Source: a bacterium (GTDB lineage Bacteria; Patescibacteriota; Gracilibacteria; UBA1369; GCA-2718715). Taken from it: a DNA stretch of 64,000 nucleotides. The stretch is taken from the NCBI GenBank assembly GCA_018662325.1, contig JABJGM010000002.1:8996-72995 (forward strand), written 5' to 3'. This document shows, piece after piece, positions 19,268 through 28,220 of this stretch. The notes beneath the pieces are model-generated. The model did no database searches. It saw only the letters and a program-made list of their open reading frames with translations, and was not told the DNA's origin. The position numbers were made by a program, and so were the translations under genes. Each line of letters starts with the position of its first letter. Within the stretch, counting starts at the first letter, position 1.

Positions 19268-20155
19268 TTAACAATCACCTTCAAGAATTTGACTTAGACC
19301 TAAATGAAAATTATATAACTCTAAATACTCAAAAGGAAGAATTGGAATATCTAAATCAAATTTTGAGATTAAACTTTGAGTTTCATCTATATTTTTAAAC
19401 GGAACCTGTATGTGACTTAGGTTTTCAGGAAGAATAGATCTATCTGTTCTGGATTCAAAAATTTTAAAATGAGGTTGATTATCTAAATTTAAAGTCTGAA
19501 TTTGATTTCTCTTAACTCCCAATACAACAGGATAATTTTCATGAATAGTAGAATTACCATTAAGTAATAAACTCAGACTTTTTCCTCTGTATTTATTGTC
19601 ATTTCTAAATGTACTCGACCATAAGTTAACATCAAAAGATTTAGGATTATTTTTAGCTTCTAATCTTTTTAAATAACTTTTTTTAAGAATCTTTTTCGAT
19701 GTTTTGAATAATATTTTCTTTGAAATTAAAAATAAAAACATAAACCAAAGAAACTTTTGACTTAAAAACTGAAAATCTAGTTTTTGATTTTGATCCATAA
19801 ATAACATTGCATAAAGCTTGGCATAGGTTCTGTTTTTGCTAAGAGAAATTGTATTTTTACTAGCTTCCAAAAATAAATCATCATTAAACAAGTCCTTATT
19901 AGGATTAATACCTTCAGTTAAGATTTTTTCTAAAATATCTATCGCTTGATTTGAAGTTCCTTCATACTTAGACTCGTTTATGATTTCATAAGCATATCTT
20001 CCGGTACCATGATAAAACTCTGTATTTTGCAAAACTGTTTCAATCTTTGCAAATACATCTTCTTGGCTTTGATTAGTTAAATACTGACTTGCATACTGAT
20101 TCGCAACATCCGTGTATTTGATAGTCATATATTTTTCTAAAAAAAAACTAATCAT
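19268..20155 (-). CDS. Hypothetical protein with one central hydrophobic segment
   Basis: 295-aa ORF. FLWFMFLFLISKKILF looks like a TM segment. No family recognised. The start could alternatively be the internal M10. Confidence 0.5.
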   Translation of the reverse strand: MISFFLEKYMTIKYTDVANQYASQYLTNQSQEDVFAKIETVLQNTEFYHGTGRYAYEIINESKYEGTSNQAIDILEKILTEGINPNKDLFNDDLFLEASKNTISLSKNRTYAKLYAMLFMDQNQKLDFQFLSQKFLWFMFLFLISKKILFKTSKKILKKSYLKRLEAKNNPKSFDVNLWSSTFRNDNKYRGKSLSLLLNGNSTIHENYPVVLGVKRNQIQTLNLDNQPHFKIFESRTDRSILPENLSHIQVPFKNIDETQSLISKFDLDIPILPFEYLELYNFHLGLSQILEGDC

Positions 20156-20313
20156 AAATAATATTTAAATGTTTTTACAGGACTTGAATCAAACCTTAAG
20201 ACTCGACTATAATCTAAAAAACAAGTCTGTCAAGATGGAGATGATATTTAATTTTAAGAAATAGATTTTAATTAGTTTTAGACCTAGATTTTGTTATAAT
20301 ATAAAAAAAGCCT

Positions 20314-23199
20314 ATGAAAAAATTAATTTTTATTTTTGCTCTACTAATTTTTAATTTGAGTTATGCTGATTTAATGGATTTAAAAATCATCTCTTCTGAT
20401 CTAGAAATCGGTGAAGATATGTCTTTTGATATTAAAAGTTCTGGAATGGTTATTAAGTCTAAACATTCAGATCTTCATGATCTTGATATAACAGTAGTCA
20501 ATGAAAATAACTATAGAGAGCATCTACATCTAGAAAAAGATCACGATACACCTTCATTAGATGAATACGAATACTTCTTAGTTAACACTTTTGATACTAA
20601 AAAAATTATTATCAATAAATCTTCCGATTTGGATTTTGAAATAAGTTTTTTTGAAAAATCTAATAGTTCTAAAAACAATAATTTAGTTAGTTTTTTAGGT
20701 AAAAATTTCAAAGAGGATGATGTTATAAAAAGAAGCTCTTGGCTTAAAAATAGTACTCCATATAGATCATCATCTAAATTAGGAAATTTAAATAATCTTT
20801 CTTATGTTTCAAAGTGGAATACAAAAGATGTATCAGCTATAGATTTTAAAGAAAATGGGAAGTGGTATACATGGCCAGTGAATTATCTTGAAAATGTAGA
20901 TAGCATTATCATTCATCACACTGCATCAACTAAGCTTTTAAACAAACCAAAGCAAGCTTTGAACAATATCTATACCTACCATACTAAAGTTAGAGGCTGG
21001 GGAGACATTGGATATCATTATCTAATGGATCAAAATGGTAATGTTTATGAAGGTAAATTTGGTGGAGATGTTGTGGTTGGAGGCCACTCTAAAACATTAA
21101 ATAAGCATGCAATTGGAATTGCTGTAATGGGAAACTTTGAGGAAAATAAACCAAAATTATCTTTAATTAATTCGCTGTCTGATTTAATCGCATTAAAGGC
21201 TCATAAATTTAATTTAGATCCTAATGGAAAGTTCACAGTTAAAGGAAAAACCTATGATGTAATCCAAGGCCATAAAGATAACGACCATACACTTTGTCCT
21301 GGAAAATATTTATATGAAAAAATTCCAAACATAAAACAGAAAATTTCATCAAGACTTGGTAAGTTAGACAATGAATACACAAAAAATATATCCAGCTTAG
21401 ATATAAATAAAAAAGGAAGTATTTTAAATCTTGAAGTTGGTAAAAATTATATTAAAACATACGAAATAATACACAACAATCCGAAGAAAGATTTAGCAAA
21501 ACCAAAAATTAAAAATCTTAAAAATCTTAAATCTTCAATTTCAAGTTTTCGAAAAAAATCCAAGAATAAATATGAACTTAAAGTTAAATTAAGAGCTTTA
21601 AAAGACTTACAAAATCAATCTTTAGTTTTATCTTTTAATAAAGATCTTAATTTACAGCTACCTGTAAATGCTTTTGCTTCTAAAGCAGAGGTTAAATTTT
21701 CAAAAGAAAGCTTAAACTGCAAAACTAAAAAATGTAATTTAGAGTTAGAACTCACAAATACTAGCAAAAAAACGATTACCGATTTAGAATTAGCAATTAT
21801 GGATTACAATTCTAAAAATAATTTTCCGGATTTTAAAGTCTCCCCTAGTCGGTTTGTTCTAAAGAAAAATCAAAAAAAGAAAATCAAAATTGAAGTTAAT
21901 AATTCAAAAAAATACAAAGGAAATGTGTTTTTAAATGTATTTAATGAGCAAGGTGCATTGAACAACAAAGGCCTTCAGATTAAGTTTCCAAAAACCAGAA
22001 CAGTAACTTCAAAAGTTAAAAGTAAAAACTTTGATATTAAAAAAGGTAAAAGTTCGTATATAAGTGTTAAATTAGACTTCCCTATTTCTAGTCTTAAAAG
22101 ACCAACATTTAAAGTTGATCAGAAAGATGTGCTCTTAAGAAAAGCTAGAATTGTAAAGATAGGAAAAAACTACAATGTATTTTTTAGAGTCAAATACAAT
22201 AATCTTCAAAAAAGTACACTTAACTATGAGCTAAAATCTGGATCTAAAATTGTTTATAAAGGTGATATAAACTTTAATGAAAAATCAAAAGTAAAGAAAA
22301 CTACGAAAGTAAATAAAACACCAACTAAAACATCGAATATTGGAAAACTAAAAAAAGACGATATTAGTATTCTTCTTTCAAAAGTTAATATGTCAAATTT
22401 AGAATTTAAAACATCTAAAAATGTTGATTTAAAGATAAATTCTCGGATACAAAAACTTAAAGCCAATCAAATTGTAAAAGTCAGAGCCTTAAATAAAGGA
22501 ATGATAATCACAATCAATGGAAAAAGATCGCCTGCTAACCGTCTTGAGATAATTGGATCAGATGAAAATATTACGACTCTCTTAAATTATGAAAATCGTC
22601 CAGCCTTTAATTTATCTTTAAACGATAATCAATTTAGAGGTGGAATGAAAATTTCTGCTAATAAGCAAAAACTTGAAGTTGTGAACAAGCTTGGTCTTGA
22701 AAGTTATTTAAAGGGTCTAGCTGAGATTTCAGACTTTGAACATCCCGAGAAAATAAAAACAATAGTAGTGGCAGCTAGAAGTTATGCTTATCACTATATA
22801 ACAGATGGTACTAAGTTCGCTGGAAAAAAATATAATTTAGATGACGATCCAAATGTTTCCCAAAAATATTTAGGATATGGATTTGAAAAAAGAGCTCCAA
22901 ATGTAATTAAGGAAGTTCTTAATACTCAAGGGCAAATGGTGACATATAATAATAAAGTTATTAAAGTTCCCTACTTTAGCCAATCAAATGGCTATACAAA
23001 ATCCGCTAAAGAAGTTTGGGGATGGAACAACACACCATACCTTCAATCCGTAAAAGACGACTGTCCAAAAACTGAATTTAAGGGGCATGGAGTTGGAATT
23101 TCAGGATGTGGATCGAAAAATATGGCCTTGAAAAATTATAAATTTCAAGAGATAATAAAATACTACCTGCCAGGTACTAATATAAAAACTTTCAAATGA
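20314..23199 (+). CDS. Exported peptidoglycan hydrolase: Amidase_2/PGRP N-acetylmuramoyl-L-alanine amidase domain plus C-terminal SpoIID/LytB domain
   Basis: Signal peptide MKKLIFIFALLIFNLSYA. Amidase_2 motifs IIIHHTAS...GWGDIGYHYLMDQNGNVYEGKFGG...GHS...NKHAIGIAVMGNF...GHKDNDHTLCPG. A Lys-rich middle region. SpoIID motifs ...ESYLKGLAEISDFEHPEKIKTIVVAARSYAYHY... and ...PYFSQSNGYTKSAKEVWGWNNTPYLQSVKDDC. Confidence 0.75.
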   Translation: MKKLIFIFALLIFNLSYADLMDLKIISSDLEIGEDMSFDIKSSGMVIKSKHSDLHDLDITVVNENNYREHLHLEKDHDTPSLDEYEYFLVNTFDTKKIIINKSSDLDFEISFFEKSNSSKNNNLVSFLGKNFKEDDVIKRSSWLKNSTPYRSSSKLGNLNNLSYVSKWNTKDVSAIDFKENGKWYTWPVNYLENVDSIIIHHTASTKLLNKPKQALNNIYTYHTKVRGWGDIGYHYLMDQNGNVYEGKFGGDVVVGGHSKTLNKHAIGIAVMGNFEENKPKLSLINSLSDLIALKAHKFNLDPNGKFTVKGKTYDVIQGHKDNDHTLCPGKYLYEKIPNIKQKISSRLGKLDNEYTKNISSLDINKKGSILNLEVGKNYIKTYEIIHNNPKKDLAKPKIKNLKNLKSSISSFRKKSKNKYELKVKLRALKDLQNQSLVLSFNKDLNLQLPVNAFASKAEVKFSKESLNCKTKKCNLELELTNTSKKTITDLELAIMDYNSKNNFPDFKVSPSRFVLKKNQKKKIKIEVNNSKKYKGNVFLNVFNEQGALNNKGLQIKFPKTRTVTSKVKSKNFDIKKGKSSYISVKLDFPISSLKRPTFKVDQKDVLLRKARIVKIGKNYNVFFRVKYNNLQKSTLNYELKSGSKIVYKGDINFNEKSKVKKTTKVNKTPTKTSNIGKLKKDDISILLSKVNMSNLEFKTSKNVDLKINSRIQKLKANQIVKVRALNKGMIITINGKRSPANRLEIIGSDENITTLLNYENRPAFNLSLNDNQFRGGMKISANKQKLEVVNKLGLESYLKGLAEISDFEHPEKIKTIVVAARSYAYHYITDGTKFAGKKYNLDDDPNVSQKYLGYGFEKRAPNVIKEVLNTQGQMVTYNNKVIKVPYFSQSNGYTKSAKEVWGWNNTPYLQSVKDDCPKTEFKGHGVGISGCGSKNMALKNYKFQEIIKYYLPGTNIKTFK

Positions 23200-24893
23200 T
23201 TCTTGGTATAAACACATGTACTCAAAAGATCGAAATTTGCTTAATTTGGGATGGAAAAGTTGAATATAATTCAAGCCTACACCAAAAGAATGATTCTGAA
23301 TTTATTCTAAATTCTCTAAATCAAATTTTAGATAAAATTGGGAAAACTGTTTTTGATATTAAAAAGATTGTTTGTGTTAAGGGTCCAGGAAGTTTTACGG
23401 CTGTCAGAATAGGAGTTATAATTGCAAATACTTTAAAATCTCAAACTAATTGTGAGCTTTTTGAAATTGATACTCTAAATTATCTTAATTATTTTTGTAG
23501 TTCAGAAGAAAAACTACTACTATCGGCAGGTGGCAGTGAATTTTATCGATTAATTAATGGTGAAATAAAACTACTAAATTTCAAAGAAATTCCAAATCAA
23601 AAATACTTAGCAGAGGTATCTAAAAAGCAAATTGAAAAACTCGATTTGAATTTTGAATTCAATCCCATTGAATACAATTTAGATGTATTTTTAAAAGCTT
23701 TTATAGATGGGAATGTGAATTTAAAAGATTGTGAACAAATAATTCCAAACTACGTTAAAGAAGCCAATATTGATTTAAGTGGTTTTTCGAATAAAACTAA
23801 AAACAAAGAAGGATACTTTATGGTCTTAATGTCTTTTATTTTGTGTTTTTTAATGACTCCCTTGATTATTAGTTTATATGAAACTGAAGTTGGTCAGATT
23901 CGAACTTACGCTGCCAAAAAAGAGTTTATGGAACAAAAGTTGGTAAAGAAAAATCTTTCAACTCAAATTTTTGACAATAAAGATTGGCATGGAAAAAACA
24001 TTCAAGAAAATTTAACTTTAGATGAAAATTTCAAACAACAAATTGTTAACCAAACTGTACAGACTTTAAAGTCTGGTGCTTTGATTGCTAACCCTTCAAG
24101 TTGTGATAATTTTGATTTCTTAGAAACGACTGAATGTGAAGATCAAGAAAATACTTACGCTTATACTGTTCCGCTTTTTAATCATGGTTCAAGTAATACT
24201 GATTGTAGTAAATTTGACTTAACTAATAATCAAGATTCAATTGATGGAGATTGTGCGTTTAATAAGTTAAGTCTTTCAGAAAGTGATTTTATTCCTCTTT
24301 TTTCCGATCAAGAACGAGAACAAAACGATAGAAAAATATCACTTCGTTTAAAAGGTTTTGATCTTAGTGGTCAATATCAACTTGATAACTTCGTACAAAA
24401 AGATAAAAGCCCGGTATTTGTGGAGTTAAGTTTGATTCAAGAAGATGATATTTATGCTCCTAAGTTTACTCTTGAAAACATAGAAGATGGTCGTAATAAT
24501 AACGACAATTTTGAAATAACAGCATCAAAACTTATTAGCAACACCTTATTTGATTACATTGATATTGATACTGATACTGATATCTTCTCTATAGACTTAA
24601 AAAGTTTAGAATTTAGAAACATTAAAAATCTTGAAGAGGAATTTACTTGGAATGATTTAGATAATATTTATTTAAAAGTTAACTTTCCTAATTCAATATT
24701 TAAGGATGGAAAGGATGGAAACAATGAAAATATAAAGAATTTTGAATATCAAATATTAACCAATTTCAAAATTGGATTAGATAAAACAATTATATTTAAT
24801 ACTATTGTAAAAGATGGGGCAGCATACTATGATAGTTATGTCCATATACCTGTAAATCTAAATGATCGACAAGGTATTGTAATCGATAACTAG
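23196..24893 (+). CDS. tsaB: TsaB (YeaZ)-like N-terminal domain continuing in frame into a TM helix and an unknown Asn/Asp-rich region
   Basis: MILGINTCTQKIEICL...VCVKGPGSFTAVRIGVIIANTL...IIPNYVKEANI forms a TsaB core. No stop follows. Next come MVLMSFILCFLMTPLIISLY and about 340 further aa. The start ATGA overlaps the previous stop. Confidence 0.7.
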   Translation: MILGINTCTQKIEICLIWDGKVEYNSSLHQKNDSEFILNSLNQILDKIGKTVFDIKKIVCVKGPGSFTAVRIGVIIANTLKSQTNCELFEIDTLNYLNYFCSSEEKLLLSAGGSEFYRLINGEIKLLNFKEIPNQKYLAEVSKKQIEKLDLNFEFNPIEYNLDVFLKAFIDGNVNLKDCEQIIPNYVKEANIDLSGFSNKTKNKEGYFMVLMSFILCFLMTPLIISLYETEVGQIRTYAAKKEFMEQKLVKKNLSTQIFDNKDWHGKNIQENLTLDENFKQQIVNQTVQTLKSGALIANPSSCDNFDFLETTECEDQENTYAYTVPLFNHGSSNTDCSKFDLTNNQDSIDGDCAFNKLSLSESDFIPLFSDQEREQNDRKISLRLKGFDLSGQYQLDNFVQKDKSPVFVELSLIQEDDIYAPKFTLENIEDGRNNNDNFEITASKLISNTLFDYIDIDTDTDIFSIDLKSLEFRNIKNLEEEFTWNDLDNIYLKVNFPNSIFKDGKDGNNENIKNFEYQILTNFKIGLDKTIIFNTIVKDGAAYYDSYVHIPVNLNDRQGIVIDN

Positions 24894-24898
24894 AAATT

Positions 24899-26353
24899 AT
24901 GAGAGATTTACTCAAACCTCAAAAAATAAACTTTATGTCAGGTTTATTGCTTTTAATATCAAGTTTTAATGTTAATATTAAAGACACACTAGCTCAAGAA
25001 GCAAACATTCCGACCTTAGAGCAAGTTTTTGAAGATACTGATTCAATTGAATGTATTGTAAACCAAAATGTTCATCAAACGCTAGAGGGTTCTAATTTTA
25101 CGATTGGTCTTTCAGGAATGTCTGGAGTTTTTCTAGGTGAAATCAGAATGCAAGATACTGAAAATATTGATTTCAGTACAGGAAACTGGCCTGCTTTCGA
25201 TTTAAACTTTGATTTCTTCTCTACTGATATAAATTACAAAAATGGTTTAGCAAATTCAAATCTAGATTTTTATATTTTCTTTACCGATAGAGCTCAAATC
25301 TATAAAAATTTTGAGAATGGAGAAAATTTTGAATTGTTTTTAGATTCTAATAATCAAAATATTGCAAATTTAAATCTCTTTTTTACAGAAATAACATACT
25401 TCCCTCTTCTAAATGAAATTTGGATTTTTTCTTCTTCCCCTGATCATTTAATTCGACTGACCATTAATCAAGACAATTATCAAAATCTAGAAGTTGGTCC
25501 AAATTTACAAAACGAACAACTATTTAGATCTGTTTCAAAAGCTACTCAGATTTTAAATCATACTATTTTAACTCAATATTCAAATGGAAACTGTGGGTCT
25601 TTAAGCATTACTACCGATGGAGTGTTTGATTTAGGAAATGTATTACCTGACAACGTAAGACATTTGTGTAATGAAGATACTGATTTGATTGTGAACGAAA
25701 GAGAAATTGGAGTTTTTTATTTTAAAAAAATCGACGGAAATATAGATCAAGTTATTTGCAACGACGGAAGTCTAAAGCCTCAAATTACTAACAACGTTGA
25801 ACCCCCGGTAGATATGGAATTAGACATGGAAGTTCCCGTTGATATGGAATTAGATATGGAAGCTCCAGCGGATATGGAGTTAATTGATGACATGGAAGTT
25901 CCAATTGATATGGAATTAGACATGGAAACTCCAGTTGATATGATGGTACCTCTTGATATGGGGGTAGATATGGAAGCTCCTGTTGATATGGGTTTAATTG
26001 AGGACATGGAAGCTCTGGATGATATGAGTGTTCCAGTCGACATGGAAAGCATCGAAGATATGGAAGCTTCGGTTGATATGATCGTACCTCCTGAAATGGA
26101 TTTAGATATGGAAGCTCCAGTTGACATTATGGTATCTCTTGATATGGAAAGTATTTCCGAGGTAGATAAAGACATTGTTAACAGAAGCGACAAGGACATT
26201 GATGAAGAAGATTTAGACATGGAATCAATCAAGAAAAAATCTAATAAAAGAAAGGATACTGGATGTAATATAGATTCTGGAGAAAGTATAAATTCTAGCT
26301 TCTTACTTTTATTAGGAGTTTTAGCATCTGTAAGACGAAAGAGATATTCATAA
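24899..26353 (+). CDS. Secreted protein with a C-terminal D-M-E acidic repeat array and a Cys-containing C-terminal anchor/sorting-like tail
   Basis: N-terminal signal-like FMSGLLLLISSF...TLA/QEA. About 300-aa globular part. Repeats PVDMELDMEVPVDMELDMEAP... The tail is ...KRKDTGCNIDSGESINSSFLLLLGVLASVRRKRYS*. Confidence 0.7.
   Translation: MRDLLKPQKINFMSGLLLLISSFNVNIKDTLAQEANIPTLEQVFEDTDSIECIVNQNVHQTLEGSNFTIGLSGMSGVFLGEIRMQDTENIDFSTGNWPAFDLNFDFFSTDINYKNGLANSNLDFYIFFTDRAQIYKNFENGENFELFLDSNNQNIANLNLFFTEITYFPLLNEIWIFSSSPDHLIRLTINQDNYQNLEVGPNLQNEQLFRSVSKATQILNHTILTQYSNGNCGSLSITTDGVFDLGNVLPDNVRHLCNEDTDLIVNEREIGVFYFKKIDGNIDQVICNDGSLKPQITNNVEPPVDMELDMEVPVDMELDMEAPADMELIDDMEVPIDMELDMETPVDMMVPLDMGVDMEAPVDMGLIEDMEALDDMSVPVDMESIEDMEASVDMIVPPEMDLDMEAPVDIMVSLDMESISEVDKDIVNRSDKDIDEEDLDMESIKKKSNKRKDTGCNIDSGESINSSFLLLLGVLASVRRKRYS
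25804..26152 (+). repeat. In-frame imperfect tandem repeat (15/30-nt period) encoding x-x-D-M-E units
   Basis: Reiterated gatatggaa / gacatggaa cores. I counted 19 D-M dipeptides in about 116 aa of the given translation. Confidence 0.85.
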
Positions 26354-26417
26354 AATATAAATCTATGTTTGTCTTTTAATGAAAAATAGTTTATTTTGTA
26401 AAAAAAAATATATTTGT

Positions 26418-26561
26418 ATGAAAAACAAAGCAAAAATTTATAAATTATTATCTCTAAACTTTATTGTGTTTTCAGTTATTATGATTCTTGCACCTTTTTA
26501 TCCTTGGTGGATTTTTGCCGGAATTGGTGGGTTTTTATATTTAATGTCTAAACATAGTTAA
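26418..26561 (+). CDS. Possible small two-helix membrane protein (47 aa)
   Basis: MKNKAKIYKLLSLNFIVFSVIMILAPFYPWWIFAGIGGFLYLMSKHS. The stop TAA overlaps the rsmI ATG (TAATG). It is short, so weakly supported. Confidence 0.3.
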   Translation: MKNKAKIYKLLSLNFIVFSVIMILAPFYPWWIFAGIGGFLYLMSKHS

Positions 26562-27244
26562 TGTTATTTTTAGTTGCTACTCCGATTGGAAACTTGTCGG
26601 ATGTTTCTTTTAGAGCTATTGAAACCTTAAAAGAGGTAGATTTAATTATTGCTGAAGACACAAGACATACAAAAATTCTTTTAAAGCATTTTGAAATTGA
26701 TAATAAAATTGATTCACTTCATAGTTTTTCAAAAGAAGAGAAAATTTTACATTTTGTGAAAATACTAAAAGAAGGGAAAAAAATTGCAATGGTATCGGAT
26801 GCTGGAACTCCAACTATTTTAGATCCTGGTTATAACTTGGTAAAACGTTGTTATGAAAATAATGTTTCTGTTTGTTCAATTCCAGGAGCTTGCGCTTTGA
26901 CAGTTGCACTTTCTGCAAGTCCTTTTCCAAAAGATAAATTTTTATTCCTTGGTTTTTTGCCAGTAAAAAAAGGAAGACAAACTATATTTGAGACTATTGT
27001 AAACTCAAAAAATACAGTGGTTTTTTATGAGTCAAAACACAGAATCGAAAGAACTCTTAAAACATTAGCTGAAAAAATTGATGAAAATCGTTTAATTTGT
27101 GTTGCAAGAGAGCTTACGAAAATTCATGAAGAATTTACAGTCTTACCCGCAAAAGATATAATTACTAAGAAGCTTCCATTTACCATCAAAGGTGAATTTG
27201 TGGTGATGCTTGCACCTAGTAATTTTGAACTTAAATATGAATAA
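26561..27244 (+). CDS. rsmI: 16S rRNA (cytidine1402-2'-O)-methyltransferase RsmI
   Basis: MLFLVATPIGNLSDVSFRAIETLKEVDLIIAEDTRHTKILLKHF... and ...VSDAGTPTILDPGY... are tetrapyrrole-methylase-fold RsmI signatures. Confidence 0.9.
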   Translation: MLFLVATPIGNLSDVSFRAIETLKEVDLIIAEDTRHTKILLKHFEIDNKIDSLHSFSKEEKILHFVKILKEGKKIAMVSDAGTPTILDPGYNLVKRCYENNVSVCSIPGACALTVALSASPFPKDKFLFLGFLPVKKGRQTIFETIVNSKNTVVFYESKHRIERTLKTLAEKIDENRLICVARELTKIHEEFTVLPAKDIITKKLPFTIKGEFVVMLAPSNFELKYE

Positions 27245-27692
27245 ACAAGGGTTTACCTTAATTGAAATTTTAATTGTGATTAGCTTAGTCGCCTTTTTAA
27301 GTACAAGCATGTTTGTAGGATTTGAAAACTATACTCAAAGAAGTAGTGATTTAAGAGCTAGAAATTCTGTAATTGAGTTTATTAATAAAAGTCAAAATTA
27401 TATTAACTTTGAAAACTGGAAAGATTCTGCTGATAAGAAATTAATTTTCTTAATGAATTCAGAGGAATTTTCTCTTAAAGATGGTGATGTTTTAATATTT
27501 GGAAGTGACTCTTTTAATGATTTCGAATTAAATGAAGGAAGTCTAAGGATTGAATTTGATACAAAACAAGATTGTAGCCTTGGAGATGGTGTACAATCCA
27601 CAAACCTTGTACTCGAAAACAAGGAAGGTAGGAAGGCATTAGAGATATTTTCGGATAATAAAAATTGTTATATAGAAATTTTAAAAATATGA
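27237..27692 (+). CDS. Prepilin-type N-terminal cleavage/methylation domain protein (minor pilin / GspH-FimT-like)
   Basis: MNKQG/FTLIEILIVISLVAFL carries the G-FTLIE class III signal with Glu at +5. I prefer the ATG at 27237, which overlaps the rsmI end by 8 nt. Confidence 0.75.
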   Translation: MNKQGFTLIEILIVISLVAFLSTSMFVGFENYTQRSSDLRARNSVIEFINKSQNYINFENWKDSADKKLIFLMNSEEFSLKDGDVLIFGSDSFNDFELNEGSLRIEFDTKQDCSLGDGVQSTNLVLENKEGRKALEIFSDNKNCYIEILKI

Positions 27693-28219
27693 TAAAAAAG
27701 GGTTTTACAATATTAGAAGCGACTTTTTCTATTATGATTCTTTCAATTGTAATTTCTTTTGGAGTTTATTTATCTAGTAAAAGCTTTGATAGCTATAATA
27801 GATTTTCTTTAATGAATTTAGCTTATACCCAGCATGAAAATCGTTTGAGCTTAGTATTAAATTTGATAAAAAGTAATCAATTAAAATTTCCAAATCATTT
27901 TGATACTTGCAAGTTAGCAAGTATAAATATAATCCAACATCAGGACTGTGTTAATCAAGATCAAGATCAATTTCAAATTCTAAATAATTTAGAAACACGT
28001 GTTGTTGAGCTAGATGATTTGGATAATTTGGACAGTCTAACTCCCCTATTTTGTCAAAATCCAGATTGCAGTGAATATGATTTTTCAAGCACTAATTTAA
28101 AAAGCTTTCCGATTTACAGTTATCTTTTTTTAAATCCAGAGGAAGATAAATTAGAAATTCAAACCTATTATGAATTTAAAGGAATTCAATATTCTATTAA
28201 TACTAAATTAAAAATATAA
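27689..28219 (+). CDS. Prepilin-type pseudopilin-like protein
   Basis: MIKKG/FTILEATFSIMILSIVISF has Gly followed by Glu at +5. The ATG at 27689 overlaps the upstream stop (ATGA). Confidence 0.65.
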   Translation: MIKKGFTILEATFSIMILSIVISFGVYLSSKSFDSYNRFSLMNLAYTQHENRLSLVLNLIKSNQLKFPNHFDTCKLASINIIQHQDCVNQDQDQFQILNNLETRVVELDDLDNLDSLTPLFCQNPDCSEYDFSSTNLKSFPIYSYLFLNPEEDKLEIQTYYEFKGIQYSINTKLKI

Positions 28220-28220
28220 T

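Noticed and set aside
23170-23199. L-P-G-T-N near the C-terminus of the 961-aa hydrolase as a possible sortase motif.
   Set aside because: It is followed by only 7 hydrophilic residues, with no hydrophobic segment or basic tail, so it is not a cell-wall sorting signal.
25804-26152. Regularly spaced repeats that could be mistaken for a CRISPR array.
   Set aside because: The period is 15/30 nt with no unique spacers. It is in frame within a long ORF, and no cas genes are present.
25780-26433. 217-aa minus-strand ORF (...STGASISKSISGGTIISTEASIS...) antisense to the D-M-E repeat.
   Set aside because: It is a mirror-image low-complexity artefact of the repeat on the opposite strand. The plus-strand gene has a signal peptide, a globular part and a C-terminal tail, and it fits the operon.
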